Below, one piece after another: positions 22,961-39,375 of a DNA stretch of 64,000 bases (position 1 is the first letter of the stretch; each line of letters begins with the position of its first letter). The notes under the pieces were generated by a model. That model saw nothing but the letters and a program-made list of their open reading frames with translations, made no database searches and was not told where the DNA came from. The DNA comes from Eledone cirrhosa (lineage: Eukaryota): assembly GCA_964016885.1 (NCBI GenBank), contig OZ024756.1, positions 10,478,001-10,542,000 of the forward strand, read 5' to 3'. The position numbers were made by a program, and so were the translations under genes.

Positions 22961-23227
22961 ATATCCAGTGCTTTTATCGAGAATGACACAGCTAGAGACT
23001 TATAGAATACTTAGCTGTGTACAGGAACTGGTTTGAAAGAGCGGTTGCCGGTCCGGCAGAAATTAGAAATTGGAATAAATGCTCTGAAATAGCGATATAT
23101 ATGTGAATATAGACATAGAATATTCGAAAATATTCTGTATGTTTATAATAAACATTTTGAAGACCTAATCGCTATAGAATAGAATACGTCACGTATTACA
23201 ATTAGATTCTCGATAAAAGCAAGGGAA

Positions 23228-23270
23228 GTAATCTACGCGTTTCATTCTCGTAAGAAATCATCAGGACTAC
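23228..23270 (-). ncRNA. Type I hammerhead ribozyme (unit 3)
   Basis: Same sequence as unit 1, shifted by 620. Confidence 0.88.
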
Positions 23271-23525
23271 ATATCCAGTGCTTTTATCGAGAATGACACA
23301 GCTAGAGACTTATAGAATACTTAGCTGTGTACAGGAACTGGTTTGAAAGAGCGGTTGCCGGTCCGGCAGAAATTAGAAATTGGAATAAATGCTCTGAAAT
23401 AGCGATATATATGTGAATATAGACATAGAATATTCGAAAATATTCTGTATGTTTATAATAAACATTTTGAAGACCTAATCGCTATAGAATAGAATACGTC
23501 ACGTATTACAATTAGATTCTCGATA

Positions 23526-25710
<2,185 letters not shown>

Positions 25711-25785
25711 AACACAATGACACACGTAAACACACATGCTCTATGGTGCAATACAAAAAAATATATGTGCATATATATGTATGTA

Positions 25786-25818
<33 letters not shown>

Positions 25819-25954
25819 TATGTAGTGAAAATATATATATATTTATATATATTTATATATATATTTATATATTTATATAAACACAATGACACACGTAAAC
25901 ACACATGCTCTATGGTGCAATACAAAAAAATATATGTGCATATATATGTATGTA

Positions 25955-25995
<41 letters not shown>

Positions 25996-25998
25996 AAA

Positions 25999-26036
<38 letters not shown>

Positions 26037-26336
26037 ATATATGTATATAGTGAATATCATTTCACACCTTTTATTGTTAAGATTGTTGATGTTCTATTAA
26101 GAGAACCGATTTTACTGAAAAAATCGAATAATGTACACCATTTTACCAGGGGGGAAAAAAATACTGGTCCACCCACACACGCACACACACACACACACAC
26201 ATGTATACACAAACACATACACACGCGTACATCAACATACAAAGAGACTTATACACACACACACACGCACTTCTCCGTATAAGACAAAAGCTGAAAAATA
26301 TCTTTTGACCTTCGAATGACTCTGCTGTGTGTATGT

Positions 26337-26374
<38 letters not shown>

Positions 26375-26445
26375 TTATCTTAATAGCCATTTGACACACA
26401 TCGCTGGTGGCTATTGTCGCAGCATCGAACACCTTACTACTACTA

Positions 26446-26499
<54 letters not shown>

Positions 26500-26977
26500 T
26501 TGTTGTGAAAGAGTCATTTCTCAATCTTGGCGCAAAACCAATTTTTTATCCACATGACCTCTACCGACCAATCAAAATTGTTTTGACCATAATTTTTGCT
26601 GGAGCCACTTTTCTAACATTTTAACATAAAAACAGTCTTGGCGCAAAATCAACTTTTTACATTCACATGACCTCTACCGACCAATCAAAATTGTTTTGAC
26701 CACAAGCATTTTTGCAACACAAAAATAACGCTGGAGCCATTTTTTTAACATAAAAACAGGTAGAATTCCCAAAACTAATCAGATCAGAGCAAACAGCACG
26801 GACACTCTATCTCAAAATTATTTTTGAAAAGCATTTAGAAATGCGCAACCGGTAAAAACTTAAAAACTTAAAACCACAACTGAATACTAACCCATACAAT
26901 CACTAATACTCTTTTATTCCTAATTAAACCATTTTTCAACTGTGAACAATTTTCAGCATTTTCTATTCCGTTTACCA

Positions 26978-29761
<2,784 letters not shown>

Positions 29762-29807
29762 GGAATCCAATGAATTATCGATAGGTTTAATAGAGGTGAG
29801 TTATGTA

Positions 29808-32005
29808 TTACAATTTATATATATATTTAAACGTTGAGTTCAATCTATGTTTGCAAGAACTGAAAAGATTGCTTCTTAAATTAACAGAATTTTTACTTTT
29901 TAATATAAAGAATATTTCCTGTATACAAAGAGCGCAATTTTCAGAAGAAGCATTGAATGGAGGAGCTCTAGAGATAATATTCCAAAGTAAAGAATAGTTA
30001 GTGTTCTTTGATTTTAGGTCCCATAGTAAGCTAGATAGAGAAGTTGAAGATTTTTTATTTATATTCGTAAAAGAGCATTTATGGTTATTAAAGCGAGATT
30101 TAAAATTTGTGGAAGTAGAACCTACACAATTAAATGAATTTAAATTAGTTTTTACATTACAATTATATACTATATTTTTAACTAAGCAATTGTTATTTAA
30201 CGAGCAGTTAGATTTATTTCTACAGTTACATTTATCAAAATTTGAGTTTCTATGTGTCGTATTATTCAGTTGGATATTGCTGGGGTTATTAATGGTATTC
30301 TGGTTATGTTTTAAGTTTCTATTATTAATTCTATTAATATTCTGCACTAAATTAGTGGTGGTTGAATACGTTAATTTTATAGTATGTCTATTAAATATTG
30401 AGTAATACCTATGTGTTCTAGGGAAGCATTTATCTAGAGCTTTAAAGAATAATTTAACAATAGGAGTTTTATTACTTAATGAGAAAGGAGGAGTGAACCA
30501 TAATATATTTCTAGTTCTATTTCTTTTCTTGTTTTTCGAATTATTGTAAGGTTTTCTATTATAGTTGTTAAAATTATAGTTATTTGTCATAATATTACTA
30601 TCAATGTATTTAATTTTATTGCTATATCCAGCTCTACTTAACGCATCGTTATAATATTGCGCTTTATCTTCAAAAATATTCTACGTTGCTGCACAGAGTT
30701 TACTATAGTGTTTTTAACGGATCTGGAGTGATTTGAATTTAAATTAACGTAGTTTAAGTTTTCTTTTATTTTTTTAAAATGGATAATAAAGACCTGTGTT
30801 AAGGTTTAAAGTTACATCTAGAAAGTTAACTATTTTATAATTATGCTCTATTTCTACTTTAAGATTAAGGTAATTAAAAAAATTGTATAATTTCTTTTCT
30901 TTTCCTATTTATTTCACAGTTATTATTATTTTCTATAAGTAATAGCATATCGTCGCGATATAAACCTCCGGTCATCTCCGGTATTTTTCTATGTAGAGTA
31001 TTATTAACAAAAAGCCCCACAAGATCCGTTACCTGGGCGGAATCCGATGACCCCATAGTGATATCGAAATTATTATCTCTGTCTGCTCTAGTCCAGAGGT
31101 GGTTGTTAAATTTAATTAATGTTTTCCGTGCAGTTAAGATAATGCGCATTTCATTACTAGTTAAGTCTGTATGTTTAAATGCATGTTAGGGCTTTGTTAA
31201 GTAGATTAGGAGTGATGGATGAGTAATAATTAGCAATATCCAATTGAATAAACTTATTATTATAGTTATATTTAATGTCTTTAAACCAGTCAATAACTTC
31301 GTTAGTTCCTTTCCACAATTTTAAATAAGATAATTCTTTAATTTGTGGTATGATTCTGTCTAAAATGTTCTTGCTAAGTACGCCAAGGTCCGATTTAGAT
31401 GGTGCAATTAATCTAATTGGTAATTCAATTTCAAAATTCCTTTTATGGTCCTTCATATTAATTTTTGGTTTTCTTGGCATGAAGGGTTGTGTCCTATTTT
31501 CAATGCCTAATTCTTGCATTATGTGAGAAGCTTCTGTATTCAATTTTTCAAGGTCATCATAAGTTGTCTTTTTGTATTTCTTCCTTAATTCTTTTAGTAT
31601 AAGATCACTATAAATATCCTTTTGCATTCCATAGAGATTGTTAGTTTTGTCTGACTTAACTAGAATTTTTTCCGTTTTTTCAAAGCTTTCTATATTAATT
31701 TTGAGATTTCTTAGGTAATCCTGGCCTATGAAGTTGTTTTTTTTAAATTTAATGCTTTGAATGATAGAGATGATTTCATTTTCAAAATCCATTAGTAGTT
31801 TGATGCAAGGTGGATTCTTTTTAGATTTGAAGATTCTATCAAGATTGGAAATATTCTCTTTTTCATCTGAATTTTCAAAATGGAAAGCACGCTACCTGAA
31901 TCTTCTTATACATGAGTCTGATTTTTCTAATAATTGTTTTATAAAGTCTTTATTCCTAGGTAAAGGTATGTCCTTTAGAGAAGAAGAGATCTTAAAGAAT
32001 TCCAT
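29808..32005 (-). pseudogene. PLE RT + GIY-YIG endonuclease with an in-frame stop and several frameshifts
   Basis: ATG at 32005 (MEFFKISSSLKDIPLP..IRRFR*RAFHF), KSDKTNNLY, RLIAPSKSDLG, LDIANYYSSI, ITMGSSDSAQVTDLVG, GGLYRDD, ILWFTPPFS, CNCRNK, CVGSTSTNFKSRF, CALCIQE..CKH. Confidence 0.92.
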
Positions 32006-32171
32006 TATTTTTCAGTTAGAATTTAAAGCGCTCGACAGTAAAGGAGCAAAGTATATGTAGAGGTTATATTTAATTTGTTGGGATACAACAAACTAAATAT
32101 TTTTATAACTGATATAAAGCACTCAACAAATTATTGGAGTAAATATTTATTTATAAAACTAACCTATATTA

Positions 32172-32237
32172 TATTTTATCTGATGAAAGTGCACCATAGT
32201 TTGCTCTGGTGGCCCTTGAAATATGTATAATGAAATA
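32172..32237 (+). ncRNA. Minimal type I hammerhead ribozyme (family 1)
   Basis: TATTTTAT-CTGATGA-AAGTGCACCA..TGGTGGCCCTT-GAAA-TATGTA-TA-ATGAAATA. Confidence 0.72.
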
Positions 32238-32280
32238 AATATGGTTTTATAAATATAGTTTCCATTTGTTAATATATTGT

Positions 32281-33397
32281 ACTAGCTAGAAAAATGCGTA
32301 CAGCAAAAAAAAGTAATATTGTTGGAACAAACCTTTAAAAATACAGGACAAGGAAGTAAGATAAACCTTTAAAAATACAGGACAAAGAACTAAGATAAAA
32401 CTTTAAAAGAATAGGACAAGGAATATAAATTTTTACAATAATATTAGTGGCAAAATTCAATTGGTAAAAAATTGAGTTTCCATCATTACACCAATTACAA
32501 CTATGATGTTCCGCATGCATCCACTCCAACCATGATCACTTGTCTGTCATCTTTCCCGGTCCAACTCCTCGCGGATGACCCGGCGCAACTCGGACTGGGT
32601 CGGAGCAGGAACTGGAGGGGGAGAGGGAGGGGTACGGGTCTTGACTCTGGGACGATGACGGCGAGTGACCAAGGTGAATGGGCCCGTGTTCGACTCGGAA
32701 TCCTGCTGGTCCTCGATGACACTTTGAGGCACGGTTGACGGTTCCGGACTGGCTTCATGGGCAGTGGTAGAAGGGCAGGTGGATAGGGCAGAGTGCTTCT
32801 TCCTGGGAGAGCACTTGAAGCAGGTGAAGCCGGCGCCGGACTCGTTGAACCACTTCCAGACAGCACTGGGCATGTTGGCGCAGCAATGATGAAAGTTGAA
32901 GCAGGCGACGAGGGGGGAGGAGGTGGAGGCGTTGGTGCAGGAGCAACAGACTGCTGATTTGGGAGTCATTGTAGCTGGGGGATGCAGGCGCTGAGGGGGC
33001 TCGAGTAGAAGGGAAGAACAGAAATGAACCATGATGACTTTTCCTACATTTTTCCTGGCCCACTTCCTCATGAACCAATGAACCAGTTGGTACAACTCGG
33101 ACTTGGAGGAGGAACACAAGACAGGGATCAATTTCATTGTATTGATATTTCTCATTAAGTAATTTCATGTTACTCAAATAAATCACTTTTATTTGATCAA
33201 TTATCTATTTTTCCAATAAAATTTTTGCCACTAATATTATTGTAAAAATTTATATTCCTTGTCCTATTCTTTTAAAGTTTTATCTTAGTTCTTTGTCCTG
33301 TATTTTTAAAGGTTTATCTTACTTCCTTGTCCTGTATTTTTAAAGGTTTGTTCCAACAATATTACTTTTTTTTGCTGTACGCATTTTTCTAGCTAGT
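32281..33397. mobile_element. Foldback-like unit: ~175-bp inverted repeats enclosing LINE ORF1 fragments
   Basis: 32281-32455 is the reverse complement of ~33223-33397 and contains ~36-bp subrepeats. No TSD seen. Confidence 0.6.
32500..32969 (-). pseudogene. Fragment of CR1/L2-type LINE ORF1 with a degenerate PHD finger
   Basis: MTPKSAVCCSC..VACFNFHHCC..W..FTCFKC (C4HC3-like, one Cys pair shortened), followed by SELRRVIREELDRER/xRQVIMVG, which resembles the EExxRxxRxxNxIxxG ORF1 motif. Confidence 0.6.
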
Positions 33398-33864
33398 TTC
33401 CTATTTTTCAAGGCAATGCAAACAACAACTACTTAATTAAATAGTTATTACTTTAGTTACTTCTATCAAAAAATCCCAAAAATGATGTTAATGAAAACTA
33501 TAGGTGAAAGTGAAGCTATTCTTTTGTGACCTCTTAGTTACTTGTACCAATTTTGAATTTAATTCAAGCTACAGTGTCAGCCTGTGCATTGGAGTCACAG
33601 AAATAAGTTGAGATATTTTATCTAATTGGTACAAGCATCCACTCCACATGGCGGGGACATAGGTCAGATCGTGGAGCACTCACCTATCTTAAAAATATTA
33701 ACTTATGATAAATAAGAGTCATTTAAGAAAATACAATTTTTTTAAATTAGTAGGTGAGCATTAACAACTGAATCTAAATGGAGCAAATTTGCACCATTTG
33801 CATTTAGTTGAAAATAACATTTTAATTAAACATGACAAATTCTAATGCAATAGAAGGCAAATAT

Positions 33865-34200
33865 CAATTTTCACATGCAAATTTTTTTGGGATTTTTTTC
33901 ACGCGCGCCATTTTTGGTCGATTTTTTGTCAATTTTTCACATGCAAATTTTTTTGGGTTTTTTTGATTTTTTTTCACGCGCGCCATTTTTGTCGATTTTT
34001 TGTCAATTTTTCACATGATAATTTTTTTTTGGATTTTTGGATTTTCTTCACGCACGCCATTTTTGTCGATTTTTTGTCAATTTTTCACATGATAATTTTT
34101 TTTGGATTTTTGTATTTTCTTCACGCGCGCCATTTTTTGTCGATTTTTCATATGCAAATTTTTTGATTTTCTTCTCACACGCCATTTTTGTCGATTTCAT
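33865..34200. repeat. ~60-70 bp imperfect tandem repeat (about 5 units)
   Basis: CACGCGCCATTTTTGTCGATTTTTTGTCAATTTTTCACATG recurs. Confidence 0.85.
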
Positions 34201-34774
34201 CATTTGAGTGTTCATAGTCCAAAAACAACTGTATTGCATTTTCGCGCCAGGCAAGAAAGTAATAAGCCGATCAAAAATCCGCGAAACGTATATGGTGACT
34301 TTTTTCGAAAGCCGCGAAACGTATGAAGTGACCTTTTGCGATTTTTTTTGCGACCATTTTGGCGAGACTTTTGCAGGGAAACAAATTTTTCATTTGTAAT
34401 AGTCAAAATAAATAAGCCGATAAAAAAGCCGAGAGACGTCATTTTCATATGTCAAATGAGCACACTATTCGCACCTATCGCAAATGAGTTCACTACTCGC
34501 ACCTATCGGTACAAAAAATAGCACAACTATTCACAACTATTAGTACAAATCCAAATGATTTTCTGAATTTCTAGTATATCAATCAGCGACTGCTTTGAAA
34601 GAGAACAATGCAGTGAGTGATTACTCATTTGAATATAAATAGAAGACAACCTCAACTAGTTTGCAACGTGTGACCACTTATCGCGAGATAGGAGAACATA
34701 ATAGCTCCTAATTAGCTCAATGATTAATGTTTACTGCCACATTGTATCAACATTTAAAATTCAAATTAAAAAAA

Positions 34775-35340
34775 ATAACCGCAGTCACTGGGGGGGGGGG
34801 TTCAAATAACCACCGCACCCCGAATAACCGCAGTCACTAGGGGGGGTTCGAATAAGACCCTCACCCCAAATAACAGCAGTCACTGGGGGAGGGTTCGAAT
34901 AAGCGCCTCACCCCGAATAATCGCAGTCACTGTGGGGGGGGGGGTTCGAATAAGCGCCGCACCCCGAATAACCGCAGTCACTGTGGGGGGGGGGGGGGGG
35001 GGGTTCGAATAAGCGCCTCACCCCGAATAATCGCAGTCACTGGGGGAGGGTTCGAATAAGCGCCGCACCCCGAATAACCGCAGTCACTGGGGGGAGGGTT
35101 CGAATAAGCGCCGCACCCCGAATAATCGCAGTCACTGGGGGGAGGGTTCGAATAAGCGCCGCACCCCGAATAACCGCAGTCACTGGGGGGAGGGTTCGAA
35201 TAAGCGCCGCACCCCGAATAATCGCAGTCACTGGGGGGAGGGTTCGAATAAGCGGGGGGGGGGTTTCGAATAAGCGTCTCACCCCGAATAATCGCAGTCA
35301 CTGGGGGAGGGTTCGAATAAGCGCCGCACCCCGAATAACC
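34775..35340. repeat. ~48-bp GC-rich minisatellite (about 11 units) with a variable G-run
   Basis: GCAGTCACTG(n)AGGGTTCGAATAAGCGCCGCACCCCGAATAACC recurs. Confidence 0.9.
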
Positions 35341-35641
35341 CCTTATCCTCCTCTGACCGGTCCCAAGAGATGCATCAAATGCACAGAGCGTCACCCTTAC
35401 TCACTCACTTACTCACTTGAACACAGTTTTTTTCAGCAAACTTTGATCATAACTTTTTTTGTGCTGAACGAAATTTCGAGATTTTTAGCTTAAGAGATGT
35501 GCAATGATTTACTCTCCATGCTCATATAACTTTCATGTGATTTTGATAATCGGAAGACATTCTAATAATGCTGTAAAGAGACGATTGCCAACGAAATCAC
35601 TAAGACAACAATATTACTAAACCGACTACCGTCGGTTTAGG

Positions 35642-35730
35642 ATATTTACTCCAATAATTTGTTGTGTGCTTTATATCAGTTATAAAAATATTTAGCTTGT
35701 TGTATCCCAACAAATTAAATATAACTTCTA
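35642..35730 (+). mobile_element. Isolated family 1 ~90-nt tail/leader segment
   Basis: Matches ~1505-1592 and the reverse complement of 32050-32145. Confidence 0.75.
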
Positions 35731-35744
35731 TATATATATATTTA

Positions 35745-35807
<63 letters not shown>

Positions 35808-35809
<2 letters not shown>

Positions 35810-36224
35810 GATATTAAACAAATGGAAACTACATTTATAAAACCATATTTATTTCATTATATATATTTCAGGGATATCATATTAAAAATATGGTATGCCC
35901 TCTTCAGACAAAATACAATATATAAACAGTTTTATAAATAAATTTGACATACCTTAAAACTTTACAACTTCCATTTAAAAAGTTGTTATGGTAGTGAAAA
36001 TGTTAAGGACAGTTAAAAAGAAAGACGGAGAGAAAAAAAAGAAGAAAGAAAGTGTATAGTGCTAAGGACAGTTAGAGAGGAAGGTGAAGAAGACGAAGAA
36101 ATGTATGTAAAGAAAAAAACAACAGAGCGAGATAGAGAGAGAGAGATATGGGAGAGAGAAATATTGAGGAGGTGAAAAATGAATAACGTACAAATGATAG
36201 ATTTAGGAGGGAAGGGGGTACTGT

Positions 36225-36257
<33 letters not shown>

Positions 36258-37245
36258 GTTATAGTGTTAAGGATACGGAGAGAAATAAAAATATAAATAA
36301 ATAAAGAGAGGTAGAAAGAGATATAGGTGGTGGGAGAAAAGAGGTAGATCGAGTAATATCTATTATACGAGGTGGGAGAGATAGGGGAGGGGTGAGATAC
36401 AGGAGGTAGAGTTAAAACAGCCGATACATAAGTCCCGTCAAGTGTAGAGGGAGGAGGAGAAGAGATATATTCAGAAATAAAGATGATAGTTTTAAAATAT
36501 TATGTTTCATCAGTCTATCAATTCTTATGAATTATAATGTAAATATCAATATTCATGAATGAGACACATATCAATAATGTGTGAAAAAATAATGACTATA
36601 TGTTTAGTTTAAAAATTCTTAGGTTTATAATCAAAATCTGAGATAAAACTTCAAAAAAATACTGAAATACATAAGTATATATGTATTTTCATGAAAAAAG
36701 AAAAAAAGAAAAAAGAGAAAGAAAAAGAGAAGGTTATCTCAAATTCAAGTTGACATTATAGACACACATGTGAGTTTACGTGATCAGCTCTGTAAATTTT
36801 TATTTCACATGAAAATCTTCATTGCGTTACAAAAGATTCTATCATACATATATGTACATACATATATATATACATAAAATATACATTATTAATAATAATA
36901 TTCTTGCCCTCTCTTACATGATTATCGTTCAAGCATAGAATAGAACAGATATCAATATATTAAAAACGCCAAGAATATTTCACTCCCCAGAGTATCTAGG
37001 GCCGTAAGAAAACATAGTGTGCCCCGCATATCAATCACAGAAAACAACCCTTCCAATTTATTTGACAATATATTGCCAAGTTCATTAGAAGCAATCAGAA
37101 TCAAAAGCAAACAAAACCAAAATTATTCAACAAAACTTATTTAGCAGAAATCATTCAAAAAAAAACTTTAGGATACCCGGTTGTTCAACAGATGCTCTTA
37201 TATTTATTATAGAAGTTTATCTAGCTTAAAAATTTTATTCAATAG
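35808..37245 (-). mobile_element. Family 1 non-coding repeat, copy C
   Basis: Collinear with copies A and B; HHR at 35850-35915. Confidence 0.75.
35850..35915 (-). ncRNA. Minimal type I hammerhead ribozyme (family 1)
   Basis: TATTTTGT-CTGAAGA-GGGCATACCATATTTTTAATATGATATCCCT-GAAA-TATATA-TA-ATGAAATA. Confidence 0.75.
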
Positions 37246-37293
37246 CAGCCCAACAAAAGGACTGCCAACAACTTCCAGGCCTGGAACAATGAC

Positions 37294-39195
37294 GTGCCGG
37301 CGTTGTATGGGCTTCAAAAAGACCATAAAACGGGCAGTGACCCTGTCACGGGACCACCAACACGGCCAGTCTGTGGAGCTAACATTGCTAGTAACTACAG
37401 ACTGTCCTACTTCCTCTCCCTGATCATACGCCCCATCATTGAAATGTCCCCAGATGTATGTGACAGCACGGAGGACCTCCTCAGCAGAATCGGCGTGAGT
37501 AACCGATCTAGGGACCTAACAAACTGCATAATAGGTAGTATGGATGTTGTGTCCCTGTATCCATCTATTGACGTGGATTTTGCTGTGGAGAAATGCGTAG
37601 AAATGATCAGTGAGAGTAATGTTGAGTTCCGTGGGATTGATACCAGTGAGCTGGGACTCCTACTTAAACTTACCTATAGTAATAATTACCTAGACACATA
37701 TGACCTTAGCAACCTGTGCCCTACAAGACCAGCAAGAGGCAGACCACCTACCATTACCTCAATGGCCAAGAAAACCCACACAGATAGATGGAACGGGTGG
37801 ACCAGAGCCATACGGACACCCGAAAACCACGATGAACTGAAGAAAATGATTGCACATGCGGTAGGGGCCAGCATAAAACTAACCCTTAAGGAACATATGT
37901 TCAAATTTAATGGAAAAACATATGCTCATGAGGAAAGAGCAGCCATTGGTGTTAGCATTGCAGGCGACATAGCTAACTTATTCATGGTATGGTGGGACAG
38001 TAGACTTAAACTTAAACTTAAAGAACAATTAGAAGCCCCCTTAACCCTGATAATGTACTCCCGCTACGTTGATGATATAAACATCGTAGTTAAGACACCC
38101 CCTCTAGAGAACAGTCAGGAACTAGAGAAAAACACAATGGAAAGCATCCAGCAAATAGCAAACTCCATCCACCAGAGCATTAGAGTTACTATAGACTACC
38201 CAAGTAGACACCCCAACCATCGATTACCTGTACTAGACACAGAGCTCTGGTTAGATACCATTAACAACCAAAAACAAATCCTCCATTCCCATTATGCCAA
38301 ACCCATGACTTCCAAACATCTGATCCACCGAAACTCGGCCATTTCGGACCATACCAAAATCAACATACTGATTGCGGATTTGGTACGGGTGATGAGAAAC
38401 GTGTCCCGCATGTGCAACCCCGAAGAACTAGAGAGACACATACAACACTTCATCCACCGTATGCAGTTCTCTGGCTACAATCAGAGAGATAAAATCAGAG
38501 TGTATAGAGGAGCCAGAACCAAATGGGAAAAAATGGTAAATAATGACATAAATGGGACCTGCCCCTTGTATAGGAGCAAATTTTGGAATAGAATAGAAAG
38601 AACTAGGAACAAGGCTAATAGAATAAACTCATGGTATGATAGCAATAAATACCAGAGTGTAATGTTCATCGATACAACCCCTAGAGGGGAATTAGCTTAC
38701 AAATTTAGAAGGGCCCTAAACAAACATAAACTCAATATTAAGATAGTAGAAAGACCAGGTACCTCCGTAAAAACACTTATTAGCAAGACATACCCTTTTC
38801 AAAGACCCTCATGTATAGATAAGAAATGTATAACCTGTAAAATAAGCCCCCATATTAACTGCAAAACTAGAAATGTAGTGTATAGCATAAGATGTACTGA
38901 AGGACAATGTAGAGACAAAAATATAGTGTACATAGGTGAGACAGCTCGTAGTGCAGGAGAACGGATAAATGAACACTGGCGAGACCTTCAAGATAGTAAA
39001 GAATCATCTGTACTCTACCAACATGCTAAAATAGAACACAAGGGTAAATTAGAGAACATAGAAATAAAAATAGAATCTACACACAGAAAAGACGCAATGT
39101 TTAGACAAATTACAGAAGCAATAAACATAAAAGAATTACAACCAAAATTAAATAGAAAATATGAGTGGAACAGCAACATCACAACTTACAATTAA
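37294..39195 (+). CDS. PLE reverse transcriptase + GIY-YIG endonuclease (open from 37246, 5'-truncated, no internal stops)
   Basis: PALYGLQKDHK, TRPVCGA, GSMDVVSLYPSI (A), AIGVSIAGDIANLFM (B'), SRYVDD (C), LPVLD, YAKPM, CxxxxCxxC linker, NVVYSIRC..C..YIGETARS..ER..EH, QITEAINI..P.LN. Confidence 0.9.
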   Translation: MPALYGLQKDHKTGSDPVTGPPTRPVCGANIASNYRLSYFLSLIIRPIIEMSPDVCDSTEDLLSRIGVSNRSRDLTNCIIGSMDVVSLYPSIDVDFAVEKCVEMISESNVEFRGIDTSELGLLLKLTYSNNYLDTYDLSNLCPTRPARGRPPTITSMAKKTHTDRWNGWTRAIRTPENHDELKKMIAHAVGASIKLTLKEHMFKFNGKTYAHEERAAIGVSIAGDIANLFMVWWDSRLKLKLKEQLEAPLTLIMYSRYVDDINIVVKTPPLENSQELEKNTMESIQQIANSIHQSIRVTIDYPSRHPNHRLPVLDTELWLDTINNQKQILHSHYAKPMTSKHLIHRNSAISDHTKINILIADLVRVMRNVSRMCNPEELERHIQHFIHRMQFSGYNQRDKIRVYRGARTKWEKMVNNDINGTCPLYRSKFWNRIERTRNKANRINSWYDSNKYQSVMFIDTTPRGELAYKFRRALNKHKLNIKIVERPGTSVKTLISKTYPFQRPSCIDKKCITCKISPHINCKTRNVVYSIRCTEGQCRDKNIVYIGETARSAGERINEHWRDLQDSKESSVLYQHAKIEHKGKLENIEIKIESTHRKDAMFRQITEAINIKELQPKLNRKYEWNSNITTYN

Positions 39196-39375
39196 GGATA
39201 AAATGAAAACACACACACACAGAACAAACAACCAACCAGTAACATGTAAATAAACAAATAAATAAATGAACATAAACACACACAGACACCCGGATGTGGC
39301 GCATGCGCAGACTGAGCACACAACACACACACAGAAACAAAATGGCGTAGGACAGAACAAAGAAAGGAATCCCCA

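Larger units (their letters stand above)
22482..23525 (-). mobile_element. 310-bp tandem repeat (~3.4 units), one hammerhead per unit; non-LTR retrozyme-like
   Basis: AGACATAGAA recurs at 22491, 22801, 23111 and 23421. Units look identical, have no ORF and are flanked by TA arrays. Confidence 0.85.
29762..32280 (-). mobile_element. PLE (Hydra-clade-like): full-length ORF remnant, 5' leader and inverted HHR segment; 3' UTR lost to the TA array
   Basis: ORF 32005-29808. Leader 32050-32145 matches the family 1 tail. 32146-32280 is a plus-strand family 1 HHR segment. Confidence 0.9.
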
